Positions 28,411 through 42,532 of a DNA stretch of 64,000 nucleotides are shown here, piece by piece. A model generated the notes under the pieces. That model was not told the origin of the DNA. It was given only the letters and a program-made list of their open reading frames with translations, and made no database searches. Source of the stretch: the human T2T-CHM13v2.0 reference genome, Homo sapiens; assembly GCF_009914755.1 (NCBI RefSeq), contig NC_060943.1; one strand, 5' to 3'. The stretch's first letter is position 1. Each line of letters starts with the position of its first letter. The translations under genes were made by a program, and so were the position numbers.

Positions 28411-28479
28411 CAATCTTTGTCTTTACTTTTGCATTTACCTGGCTTCTGTGAAAGGAACATGGAATCTGACACCTTCTGA

Positions 28480-28640
28480 GTATCTACTATGTGCTAGGGA
28501 CATGATTCGTTTGCATTATCTTACCACCTTTTAAGTAGGGATTATCATCCCCATTTTACAGATGAGGAACTCAAGGCTCAGAGAGGAACAGCAATGGCCT
28601 AATGCTACCCAGCAGAGCCAAAATTCCAGACCAGATCTGT
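28480..28640 (-). mobile_element. MIR
   Basis: attatcatccccattttacagatgaggaactcaaggctcagagagg core. Confidence 0.75.
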
Positions 28641-28695
28641 CCATGGTCCCTCCACCCCAAGACTCCTGCTGGGACCCAGAGTTCAAGGAACTCAC

Positions 28696-28823
28696 GTGCA
28701 TGATGTTCACACTCCTGTTGAAGATCTTTATATAGGGTTTCAGGATGTTGAAATGGAAGGCGGGCGTCAGCATCCGACGGTGGCGGCTCCACTTGTCACC
28801 GCCACTCAGCAGTATCCCTTCTC
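28696..28823 (-). pseudogene. CYP4F24P: Exon 5 (128 nt)
   Basis: actag|[43 protein letters not shown]|gtgagt. Confidence 0.92.
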
Positions 28824-28916
28824 CTAGTAGGGCAGCCAAGGACAGTGGGCAAGAGCAGCACCTTCCCCACCCCTGCTCAAGGTTGTCCCCAGCCCCTTTC
28901 ACCTGCAGGTACTCAC

Positions 28917-28970
28917 CCAGCCAGGGCTTCAGGAACCTGATGGAGAGATCATCCTTGGGCGCAATAGCAG
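28917..28970 (-). pseudogene. CYP4F24P: Exon 4 (54 nt)
   Basis: gccag|[18 protein letters not shown]|gtgagt. Confidence 0.92.
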
Positions 28971-31029
28971 CTGGCATGAATGAGGACCATCAGGGGCCAT
29001 GTAGAGGGCAAGAGAGGAACTTCAGGTATAAGGCAAGGCTCCCTACCAGCACTTTCCCTACTCCATGCCCAGCATAGCAGGAAGGGGGCCAAGGGCAAAG
29101 GACGAAGGGAGGATAGAGGAAGAAGGACCAGCCCAGGCTGCAACAGCACAGTAGAGCAATGACACAACCTAACAGGGCACAGCACTCCCCAGCACGCCTT
29201 GACATGGCTCCTATATATCCCAACATGTTCTGCAACAACTGAGCACAGCTCCACACTCTACAAAATATCTTTAAAGGAGCCTAGGACACCCTGTCTGCCC
29301 CAGCACTCTCTGTCATCTCCTGAAATGGACCTGGGACCTGGGGCATGTCTCCAATGTTAACATGCCTGACATGGCCACAGCATACATGATAAGCCCTAAA
29401 TGACACATCGTCTGACATGGACCTAAGATAGTCTTGCATGACTTCTGTGTACCTGACAGGCCCCAGATAGGATTTAAATATGATTTATTAAATGTCCTGG
29501 ACATGTCCCAGGTGTAACCAAGACTTCTCTTCAAGCATGATTGGAATGGATTCTGAGACCTGGCTCAGGAAGACTAAAATAATAACTCTGACAATTCTCA
29601 AAGGGACCCTGGGTCCTAGATCTTGGACAAGCCACAAACATGGCCAAGAGATGACAAGAAGGAGAAAAGACAATTTCAAACCACATGTCAGAGAAGAACC
29701 AGAAAGGCTGGGACATGCCCCAAGTGTCCTTGGCCACAGCTGAGCCACACACATGATGACTTCTCCATATGATCCCAGGTAAAACATACGAGATATAATC
29801 AGGTATAATATAGAAATCGTAGGCTATTTATGGGACCCCTTGGGGAAAGGTGAGCTTTCTGACAAGAGCTGAGCTTCCAAGACCCATGGTTGACACCATA
29901 AGAGAAAGGCTGCCTTAAAAGAAAAAGTGACTTCCACAATGGTTGAAAGTATAATAATAAAAGAAAAGAAAAAAAAAAGAAAAGGTGATGCAGAGAAATG
30001 GTGAAATTAAAAGGAGACAAATTCCTGATGCTGTACATTGACACCTGGATCCAGCCATGCCTGAAGACCACTTTCTCTGGACTTTACACTCCGTTGATTC
30101 CCTTTATTTGCTTATAGTGCACAAAGTTGAGCTTCCATCACTCACAGGTGAAAGAGACCTCAGCAGCCAGAGAGAGCAGGTGACCTGCACAGAGTCACTA
30201 AGCATTTTGGGGTCAGAGCCATAGTTTCTGTGGGACGTTGCTCCTTCCCTTCTCAGCCTGGTCTGTCCAAGGATGGGAAGAGCAGAGAATAAGGGAAGAT
30301 CAACAAGCTGGTGTGGGATCTCTACTGGAGATTCTTGAGGCCTACAGGAGGACAGCAGTGAGCATAGGGTGGATGAGTGACAGGATGAGGTAGAAGGAAC
30401 TGACCCATCATAGATGGATGTCACATAAATAGCAGCCCAGAATCACCACCAGCGACAAGTCCTCCTACCGCTCTAGGCTGAAGGATGGACAAGGTTGGTG
30501 CCAGGACTGGCTGGGCCCCCAAATACCAATGATGCTCATTACATCATCCTACCCCACACTTAAAAAAATTCCTACTCATAGGTCCAGACCCAGCTCCAAC
30601 AATTCCTCCTCCAGGAAGCCTTCCAGCCTGCCGCAGCAGAACCCTAGTTCTCCTGTGGGTTTTCACACCCATCTCTCTCTTGCCCATTCCTGACCCCATG
30701 AATTTGGGGTTGTCTCTGTCCAGATCCATCTCCTCAAGTGTGGAGGTTCCTTCAGGACAGGGTTCTGGATTGAGGCTTCCTGGGGCCCTGGTGGTTCCCA
30801 GAACACCAGAGCAGGGGGTCAGATGGCAAAGGAGTTGGAAGACATTGAGATGAAATTTGGCAAATACATGAAGGAAAGCAGAAGATGCCTCTTCTTCTTT
30901 CAATGGAGGGAGAAGAGAGAAAGAGGGGCCTGGGAACTGCAGGGGCTTCACAGAAGCCTAGGGGAGAAGGAGCTGGAAGCCCTTGGATGGAAGCCCCAGC
31001 ACCCACCACCACAAGCTCTGCATGGGTAC

Positions 31030-31174
31030 CTGAGGCATTGGTGATAGACCGGACGATGTCAGGGTGGCATAAAACGATGAAGGGGAAGATGGGACCCAGC
31101 CATATCCTAAAGCCCTGGGGATAGGTGGCTGACATCTGGGTCAAGTTCTTCAAGCCTTCCTCTGTAGCAATGAT
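31030..31174 (-). pseudogene. CYP4F24P: Exon 3 (145 nt)
   Basis: ttcag|IIATEEGLKNLTQMSATYPQGFRIWLGPIFPFIVLCHPDIVRSITNAS|gtacc. Confidence 0.92.
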
Positions 31175-31203
31175 CTGAAAGCAAGTCAGGGGCCATCACC
31201 CCT

Positions 31204-31696
31204 TGTGATGGTTAATTCTAGGTGTCCACTTGACAGGGCTAAGGGATGCCCAGATATCTGGTCTAACATTATTTCTGTGTGCGTCTGTGTTTCAGGAGAG
31301 ATTAGCATTTGAAGGTAAACTGAGGAAGGAAGACCTGCCCTTCCTTATGTGGGTGGGTGTCATCAAATCCATTGAGGGCATGAACAGGACAAAAAGGCAG
31401 AGGAAAGGGGGAATTTGCTCTCTCTTCTGCAGCTGGGACATCCGTCTTCTCCTGCCCTCAGAACTCCAGGTTCTCAGGCCGTTTTGGACTCAGGCTGAAT
31501 TTACACCACCAGCGTCCCTGGTTTCTGGCTTGCAGATGGTATATCCTGGGAATTCCTGGCCTCCATCATCACATTATCCAATTCCCATAATAAATTCTCT
31601 CTGTCTCTTTCTGTCTCCATACATACATGCATTAGAGGTAAGAAGAAATTCCCATCTAAGGAGATTCCATTTCTAGGGAGAACCCTGACTAATGCA
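31204..31696 (+). mobile_element. MLT2 (ERVL) LTR
   Basis: Termini TGTGATGGTTAAT...AACCCTGACTAATGCA. Confidence 0.8.
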
Positions 31697-32760
31697 CCTC
31701 CCTAGAAGGAGCCACGGCAAGTCCCCCTGCAGCCACCAGATGTGGTGCAGCCTCTGCAGTGAGCAGCGTGTCTGGATTCTCAACAGCTGCAGGGGGTTTC
31801 TGCTGACCTCTGCTCCTTCTCTCTTGGGGCTGTCCCAGGATCCGAAGGTAAATACCAAAGCAGAGAGGGAAGACAAGCTGTCTGCTCAAGAGGATGTGTT
31901 TTCTCATCCTGGAATGATTTCAGTCTGGGGATTGCTTTATAGGGAAAGGTCCCCATGGGAGGTGGTTTGGGACGGCAGTGTGGCCTCAGGACATATCCCT
32001 AGGGCAGATTCCCACATCCTTTTGTGTCCTGGCTGGTCCACATGGGCTCTGGTTCCCCCCACAGATAAAGGGTCTGCACACTGAGGACCCCCCCATTCTC
32101 AGCAGCCCCCAGGGAAGCAGAGGTGACTCTAATGTCCCTCAGGATGGCAGCTCCCACCTGGGAGAACCCCCCCTTATGCCAGGCTCTGTGCTAGTGCCTC
32201 CTGTGCACCTGTGGACATGCCCATCAATCCTGCCATTTATGAGTGAGCAGACGGAGGCCACGTCCCCCAAAGGGGAGGGCAAGTCCAAGTAGGAGGGCAA
32301 GGTTTGGGAGTGTCAAGGACGGCTTCTGAAAGGGGAAGAGAGTGGCCAAATTATATCCCGGTTGAGCTACAGGGCTCATTGGGACATCTGAGTGGGGAAG
32401 AGCACGTCACCCCTGGAAGGGGAAGGTGTGGGAGACTGCCTGCACTTCTCTTCTGGCCCAGCAGTGTCCCTCCATAGGGGAAGGAAGTCAGAGCTAATTC
32501 CTGTGGGAAAGCAGCAGCCCAGAGATGAGCAGACACAAGGAAATGGGTCAGGCAGGGAGCAGCCCCTGGATAGTGGGCTCAGGAGGCCTCAAGTCCAGAG
32601 TGGAGAAGGTGGGGATGCCAGGAGAGCCCTGCTCTGTGCCCCACAGTACTGCAGGAGCCCCTTGGAGGTGCACTATTGTAGGAAAGACAGGCAGCAAAAG
32701 GATCCAGACAGGCTGGGGTGGGAGGACAGGTAGGTGAGAAAGGCTTGGGATGGAACTACA

Positions 32761-35428
32761 GAGGAATGAGTGAGTGAGGAGAGGAGTGAGTGAGTGAGGA
32801 GAGGAGTGAGTGAGTGAGGAGGGGAGTGAGTGAGTGAGGAGGGGAGTGAGTGAGTGAGGAGGGGAGTGAGTGAGTGAGGAGGGGAGTGAGTGAGTGAGGA
32901 GGGGAGTGAGTGAGTGAGGAGGGGAGTGAGTGAGTGAGGAGGGGAGTCAGTGAGTGAGGAGGGGAGTCAGTGAGTGAGGACGGGAGTGAGTGAGGAGGGG
33001 AGTGAGTGAGGAGGGGAGTGAGTGAGGAGGGGAGTGAGTGAGGAGGGGAGGGAGTGAGTGAGGAGGGGAGGGAGTGAGTGAGGAGGGGAGGGAGTGAGTG
33101 AGGAGGGGAGGGAGTGAGTGAGGAGGGGAGTGAGTGAGGAGGGGAGTGAGTGAGTGAGGAGGGGAGTGAGTGAGTGAGGAGGGGAGGGAGTGAGTGAGGA
33201 GGGGAGTGAGTGAGGAGGGGAGTGAGTGAGTGAGGAGGGGAGTGAGTGAGTGAGGAGGGGAGTGAGTGAGTGAGGAGGGGAGTACGTGAGTGAGGAGGGG
33301 AGTGCGTGAGTGAGGAGGGGAGTGAGTGAGTGCATGGGTAGAGGAGTGAGTGAGTGCATGGGTAGAGGAGTGAGTGAGTGAGGAGAGGAGTGAGTGAGTG
33401 CATGGGTAGAGGAGTGCGTGAGTGAGGAGAGGAGTGAGTGAGTGCATGGGTAGAGGAGTGAGTGAGTGCATGGGTAGAGGAGTGAGTGAGTGAGGAGAGG
33501 AGTGAGTGAGTGAGGAGAGGAGTGAGTGAGGAGAGGAGTGCGTGAGTGAGGAGGGGAGTGAGTGAGTGCATGGGTAGAGGAGTGAGTGAGTGCATGGGTA
33601 GAGGAGTGTGAGGAGAGGAGTGAGTGAGTGAGGAGGGGAGTGAGTGAGTGAGGAGGGGAGTGAGTGAGTGAGGAGGGGAGTGAGTGAGTGAGGAGGGGAG
33701 TGAGTGAGTGAGGAGGGGAGTGAGTGAGTGAGTGAGGAGGGGAGTGCGTGAGTGAGGAGAGGAGTGAGTGAGTGCATGGGTAGAGGAGTGAGTGAGTGAG
33801 GAGAGGAGTGAGTGAGTGAGGAGAGGAGTGAGTGAGTGAGGAGAGGAGTGAGTGAGTGAGGAGAGGAGTGAGTGAGTGAGGAGAGGAGTGAGTGAGTGAG
33901 GAGAGGAGTGCGTGAGTGAGGAGAGGAGTGAGTGAGTGCATGGGTAGAGGAGTGAGTGAGTGCATGGGTAGAGGAGTGAGTGAGTGCATGGGTAGAGGAG
34001 TGAGTGAGTGAGGAGAGGAGTGAGTGAGTGAGGAGAGGAGTGAGTGAGTGAGGAGGGGAGTGAGTGAGTGAGGAGGGGAGTGAGTGAGTGAGGAGGGGAG
34101 TGAGTGAGGAGGGGAGTGAGTGAGTGAGGAGGGGAGTGAGTGAGTGAGGAGGGGAGTGCGTGAGTGAGGAGAGGAGTGAGTGAGTGCATGGGTAGAGGAG
34201 TGAGTGAGTGAGGAGAGGAGTGAGTGAGTGAGGAGAGGAGTGAGTGAGTGAGGAGAGGAGTGCGTGAGTGAGGAGGGGAGTGAGTGAGTGCATGGGTAGA
34301 GGAGTGAGTGAGTGCATGGGTAGAGGAGTGAGTGAGTGCATGGGTAGAGGAGTGAGTGAGTGAGGAGGGGAGTGAGTGAGTGAGGAGGGGAGTGAGTGAG
34401 TGAGGAGGGGAGTGAGTGAGTGAGGAGGGGAGTGAGTGAGTGAGGAGGGGAGTGAGTGAGTGAGTGAGGAGGGGAGTGCGTGAGTGAGGAGAGGAGTGAG
34501 TGAGTGCATGGGTAGAGGAGTGAGTGAGTGCATGGGTAGAGGAGTGAGTGAGTGAGGAGAGGAGTGAGTGAGTGAGGAGAGGAGTGAGTGAGTGAGGAGG
34601 GGAGTGAGTGAGGAGGGGAGTGAGTGAGTGAGGAGGGGAGTGAGTGAGTGAGGAGGGGAGTGAGTGAGTGAGGAGGGGAGTGAGTGAGTGAGGAGGGGAG
34701 TGCGTGAGTGAGGAGAGGAGTGAGTGAGTGCATGGGTAGAGGAGTGAGTGAGTGAGGAGAGGAGTGAGTGAGTGAGGAGAGGAGTGAGTGAGGAGAGGAG
34801 TGAGTGAGTGAGGAGAGGAGTGTGTGAGTGAGGAGGGGAGTGAGTGAGTGCATGGGTAGAGGAGTGAGTGAGTGCATGGGTAGAGGAGTGAGTGAGTGAG
34901 GAGAGGAGTGAGTGAGTGAGGAGGGGAGTGAGTGAGTGAGGAGGGGAGTGAGTGAGTGAGGAGGGGAGTGAGTGAGTGAGGAGGGGAGTGAGTGAGTGAG
35001 GAGGGGAGTGAGTGAGTGAGGAGGGGAGTGCGTGAGTGAGGAGAGGAGTGAGTGAGTGCATGGGTAGAGGAGTGAGTGAGTGAGGAGAGGAGTGAGTGAG
35101 TGAGGAGAGGAGTGAGTGAGGAGAGGAGTGAGTGAGTGAGGAGAGGAGTGTGTGAGTGAGGAGGGGAGTGAGTGAGTGCATGGGTAGAGGAGTGAGTGAG
35201 TGCATGGGTAGAGGAGTGAGTGAGTGAGGAGAGGAGTGAGTGAGTGAGGAGGGGAGTGAGTGAGTGAGGAGGGGAGTGAGTGAGTGAGGAGGGGAGTGAG
35301 TGAGTGAGGAGGGGAGTGAGTGAGTGAGGAGGGGAGTGAGTGAGTGAGGAGGGGAGTGAGTGCATGGGTAGAGGAGTGAGTGAGTGAGGAGAGGAGTGAG
35401 TGCATGGGTAGAGGAGTGAGTGAGTGAG
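32761..35428. repeat. VNTR, ~2.67 kb; 20-bp core GAGTGAGTGAGTGAGGAG(G/A)G with 16- and 24-bp variants
   Basis: Tandem array directly visible in pseudogene intron 2; roughly 130 units. Confidence 0.97.
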
Positions 35429-35558
35429 CCGCCTCCCTCGCTTCTCTGCCGGCCCACACCTCAGCCACCCTCTAAACCCAGCTCCTTGATCCCCCTTCCT
35501 GCCCTTTGGGAATTCCATCCACCCTGAGATCCCAGAGTCATCCTGCTGCCACACTCAC

Positions 35559-35758
35559 GAGGTCCTGGTTGACCCCAAAACCATTTCTGTTTTGGGGGTT
35601 GTGGAAAGTACTGAAGGCGGCGGCAGTTGTCATAGAAGGCATAGGTCCAGGCCAGGAAGCCGGCCAGGAGCCGGGAGGCCCCAGCCAGCAGCAGGAGCAG
35701 CCACGGGAATGCTGCCACCTGCCCGAGGCCCAGCCAGGACAGGCTCAGCTGCGGCATC
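35559..35758 (-). pseudogene. CYP4F24P: Exon 2 (ATG at 35757; N-terminal membrane anchor); +1 frameshift at 3' end
   Basis: ctgcag|G ATG; [12 protein letters not shown]...WFWG; 199 coding nt to gtgagt donor (198 expected). Confidence 0.92.
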
Positions 35759-36164
35759 CTGCAGGGCAGACAGGATGGAGGGTGAGATCCTGAGGCCCAG
35801 GGAAAGTCTCAGGGAGCTCCAGGGACAGTGGAGAGAAGCAGGGAAGGGGTGGGTGGAGGCAGGAAAGGGAGGGCTCTGGGATGAATAAACAAGGACTGAG
35901 AGCTAAATTCCAGAAAGCCCCAGCCAAATCCAATAGCCAAGTGGCCTCTAGTTGCCTAGTAACCACCCAGAAAGGAGAAGAGAGAGAGAGACTGATTAGA
36001 GTCCAGAAAGGCCCAGCCTGAATCACTGGGAGGTTGCCAGGGGTCCGGTTACCAGGAAACCACCAGTCTCCCAGGCCAGCAGCCTGGAGACACCCCAGCC
36101 TTGGGCAGTGCCCCTCCCCATCCCAGGCCAGGAGGCTCCAGTCTGACCACCCCCAGCCTGGCAC

Positions 36165-36212
36165 CTTCTGTCAGGAGCAGCTTGTACCACACAACCTCCT
36201 CTCCTCTTCTGC
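36165..36212 (-). pseudogene. CYP4F24P: CYP4F pseudogene exon 1 (non-coding); 5' end approximate
   Basis: Minus strand reads GAGAGGAGGTTGTGTGGTACAAGCTGCTCCTGACAGAAG|gtgcc, resembling the CYP4F2/4F3 5'UTR as I recall it. Donor GT at 36164-36163. Confidence 0.7.
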
Positions 36213-37184
36213 TGGGAGTTCTTTGCCTCTGGCCCCTGATTTAGGGAAAGGTCGTGGGAGGCTGGGCTGTGCTGGGCTGGGCCAGTCAATCTCCACAGCC
36301 TGGGTGCATCTCCCTTGCCTGGGAGATGCCGGCCAAAACCTGGGGTTTGGCCAGCTGGGTGCAGAGGAACCAGCTCAGGGTGCCCCAGTATGGGGACTGG
36401 ATCCTCAGGTCTCAGCATCTCCCTCACAGTTTAGAGGGGAAGTTGGGGAGTGGTTAAAGGGGACTCTGAGCCCCAAGTTTACAGCCACCCTGCCCTTTCA
36501 AGGCAAGGATGTGGCAGGTAAAAGCATGAACTTGAGAGTTCACAGCCACCTGAGCTGGGCCAGGCCAACCCTTGTCCCAGATCATCTGGGCTCCTCTCCA
36601 AACATGGGCGGGGAGGATGTCAGGTGCTGCATCTTGGTACAGACTTAGGAGATTCAGAGACAGAAGCCTCTCATCTCTGGCTTCACAGCCTGGCAAGAGT
36701 TCAAGTCCTGCCTCCAGGCAGCCCAGGGCCTGAGCTGAGACCTGACTGCTTGAAGCAGGAAGAAAGAATCCAGTCCCAACCCTGCTGAGGATTACCTGGG
36801 TCAGAGTCTGGGGATAAAGAGCCCAGCTGGAGGAGCAAATCTAGAGGCTGGGCTCAGCTTAGAGGACAGAGCAGAGGCATAGGGGATGAGGCTGAGAGGG
36901 GCTGTGAGCAGACGGGGTCCAGGCAGGGGAGGGCAGAGCGAGGGGACCCCGAGTGTAGTCCTTGTTCTGACCTGTCCTTTCTCTGACTGTGGGCAATGTG
37001 GCCATCCTGGGCTCAGGCTTCCCATCTGGGAAATGGGATGTCAGATGAGGCCTTAGAGGGCGACAGAGGAAGGCTCCTAAGAAGAGAGAGCTCCAAAAAG
37101 AGGGACTGAAGGGAAGGGGATGACAACTAGCACTTGAGCTGCTGTGTGCCTGTCTCTACTCCATGCGAAAGACTGTATGGAAAA

Positions 37185-37815
37185 CACTACTGTGTGTACC
37201 TACTGCGTGCCAGTCTCACTATATAAAGTGCACCTACTGTGTATCAGGTACTCTACATAAATTCTGTCTACTATGTGCCAGGTACACCACATAAACCTCA
37301 CCTACTGTGTGCAGCATGCTCTACATAATGTAAGCTTACTTTGTGCAGAGTACTTTATACAAAGCGTGCCTACTCTGTGCCACATGCCATATATAAAGCA
37401 TACCTACTGTGTGCCAGGTGCTCCACATAAAGAGTGTCTACTGTATGCTGGGCGCCCTTCACAAATCCTGTATCTTGAGTCCCTGGTCCTTTATATAAAC
37501 CATGCCTGCTGTGTGCCAGGTGTTCTAAATAAAGCACACCTATTGTGTGCCAGATGTCCTACATAAAATGTTCCTCCTGTATGTTGGGCCCCGTACATAA
37601 AATAAAACTGCTCTGTGCAACATACTTGACATAAAGCACACATACTATGTGCCAGGTACACTACATAAAGACCACCTACTGTGTGCCAGGTATGCCACAT
37701 AAAGTGTGCCTACTATGTGTTAGGTACTCCACGTAAAGTACACCTACTGTGTGCCAGGTGCTCTACATAAAGTGCACCTACTGTGTGTCAGGTGCTCTAC
37801 GTAAACCACACCTGC
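37185..37815. repeat. Degenerate 34-bp minisatellite (~18 copies), CACCTACTGTGTGCCAGGTGCTCTACATAAAGTG
   Basis: cacctac recurs at 37741 and 37775; degenerate copies throughout. Confidence 0.85.
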
Positions 37816-38442
37816 TTGTATCAGATGCCCAGCTGGATGACAACGCCCAAAGCTGTCCCACTACCCTCCCATCAGCTCTCTAGGCCAGAGTCCCGGGGAT
37901 TGTTGGAGAGACCCAAATGATGGCATCCAGAGGAGGGAAGATGTCCATTTAACATAAAAGCAAACTGAGGCTCAGAGAGGCCAGGCCTCTAGCCCAAGTT
38001 GCAGAGCTCACAGGAACTCAGGTCTATGAGACCCTCAAGTCCAAATCCTTTCCTTCTGCCGTGCTGCTCCACCCCCATTCATTAGGGTCAATGCCATATT
38101 AATACAGGGACATTTATAATGGAGGAATTTCAGGCAGCGTGGTGGCCCAGAGGGGAGCTATCTGGAGGCTGTTGAATCAGCACCTGGCTCCTCCTCCCAC
38201 ACCCAGGATGCTCCACCCAACAGATCCAGGGCTCTCCTCCTGGCCCTCCCTGGATCCTGTCCAGAATTGCCCTATGGGGTAGACTCGGGAGAAGGGGGTC
38301 TTGAAGGATGGGGTTCCTAGCAGAGCTGCTGAGCAGGAGGGTGGGGAAGACAGTGCTCCTGACACTAGCTGGGTGTTGGGGAGCCCCTAGACCTCCCCCA
38401 CCCCACCACCACTGCCAGCTCAATCAGCCAGGGGATTCAGGC

Positions 38443-39439
38443 TGAAGGGGGCCAGCCCCTCCACCCCTGTGGGTATTTCTCGTCAGGTGGTACGAGAGAC
38501 TGAGAAAAGAAATAAGACACAGAGATAAAGTATAGAGAAAGAACAGTGGACCCAGGGGACTGGCACACTCAGCATGCGAGGACCTGTACCGGTGCCGGTC
38601 TCTGAGTTCCCTCAATATTTATTGATTACTATTTTCACTGTCTCAGCAAGGGGAGTGCGAGGGAGAAGAGGGTGAACAGGGTGATGATGGGGAGAAGGTC
38701 AGCAGGGAAACGTGTGAGTAACAGAATCTGTGTCATGAATAAGTTCAAGGGAAGGTACTGTGCCTGGATGTGCACATGGGCTAGATTTATGTTTCTCTTT
38801 ACCCAAACATCTCAGTGTAGCAAAGAGTAACAGAGCAGTATTGCCACCAGCATATCTCGCCTCCAGCCACAGGGCGGTTTTCTCCTATCTCAGAATAGAA
38901 TGAACAGTCAGATATATACTGAGACATTCCCTTCCCAGGGACATGTGGGAAACAGAGGCCTTCCTCTTATCTCAACCGCAAAGAGGCTTTCCTCTTTCAC
39001 TACTCCTCCTCAGCACAGACCCTTTACGGGTGTCGGGCTGGGGACAGTAAAGTCTTTCCCTTCCCACGAGGCCATATCTCAGGCTGTCTCGGTGCGGGGA
39101 AACCTTGGACAATACCCAGGCTTTCTTGGGCAGAGGTCCCTGTGGCTTTCCGTGTCCCTGGTTAATAGAGAATGGAGAATGGCGATGACTTTTATCAAGC
39201 ATACTGTCTGCAAACATATTGTTAACAAGGCACATGCCGCACAGCCCTAAATACCTTAAAACTTGATTCAATACAGCACATGTTTCTGTGAGCACAGGGT
39301 TGGGGCTAAAGTTACAGATTGACAACAGTATCTCAAAGCAGAACAATTTTTCTTTGTACAGATCAAAATGGAGTTTCTTATGTCTTCCTTTTTCTACATA
39401 GACACAGTAACAGTCTGATCTCTCTTTCTTTTCCCCACA
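38443..39439 (-). mobile_element. Solo HERV-K(HML-2) LTR5 (LTR5A/LTR5B-like), 997 bp
   Basis: Minus strand begins TGTGGGGAAAAGAAAGAGAGATCAGA and ends GGCTGGCCCCCTTCA; TSD TCAGGC at 38437-38442 and 39440-39445. Confidence 0.9.
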
Positions 39440-39577
39440 TCAGGCAGCTGGACTTACAGCCCCCAGTAAGTGGGGTGCATCACCCAATATACCCACCCCC
39501 TCTGCAAGGACAGACCTCACCTGCTGGCAGTTCCATTCCTGTCAGACTCCGGGAGCAAGGCCAGAGTTTCATGAACA

Positions 39578-40200
<623 letters not shown>

Positions 40201-40594
40201 GTCTAGATTGCAATTACTTTCTTTAAGCACATGGAAAAGGACATCTATAGTCTTCCAGATTTTACTTTTGGCATTGAAAAGTTAGCTGTCCATCTCCTTA
40301 GAATTAATCTCTCTCTTTACTCCCCTCTTCTTAACTACTGTTATTTTTTTCTCTCTTTTTTTTTCTGAAGTTTTAACACAATGTGTTACGGTGTGGATTT
40401 CTCTTTATGGTTGCTTGGGGTTCATTGAGGTTCTCGAATCTAAACTGTTTTCAATCAGTTTTAGAAAAATCTTGGCCACAATTTCTTCAAACAATGCCTG
40501 TGCCCTATTTTTTATTTTACTTCTGAAATTCTAATTAAACAAAGGTTACACTTTCTCATTCTGACCCTAATGTTTTCTTCCCTCTCTTTTATTT

Positions 40595-42532
<1,938 letters not shown>

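Noticed and set aside
28971-31029. Second mutually exclusive 145-nt exon as in CYP4F3 (myeloid-type exon)
   Set aside because: No recognisable remnant by eye; a sensitive alignment is needed to exclude a decayed copy.
32756-35554. Three overlapping 833-932 aa H/S/L/T/P-rich ORFs
   Set aside because: The VNTR minus strand lacks stop codons, so all three frames are open. Starts are non-ATG, and the exon 2 frame stops at 35461 before the array.
25619-35757. +1 and -1 frameshifts compensating to restore a protein
   Set aside because: The shifted frame stops at 31109-31107, and further stops follow in exons 7 and 11.
36215-36295. DR1/HNF4-like (GGGCCAgAGGCAA) and CCAAT-like promoter motifs
   Set aside because: Too degenerate to call without alignment or binding data.
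37185-37815. CRISPR-like repeat-spacer array
   Set aside because: Eukaryotic context; units are contiguous degenerate copies with no unique spacers.
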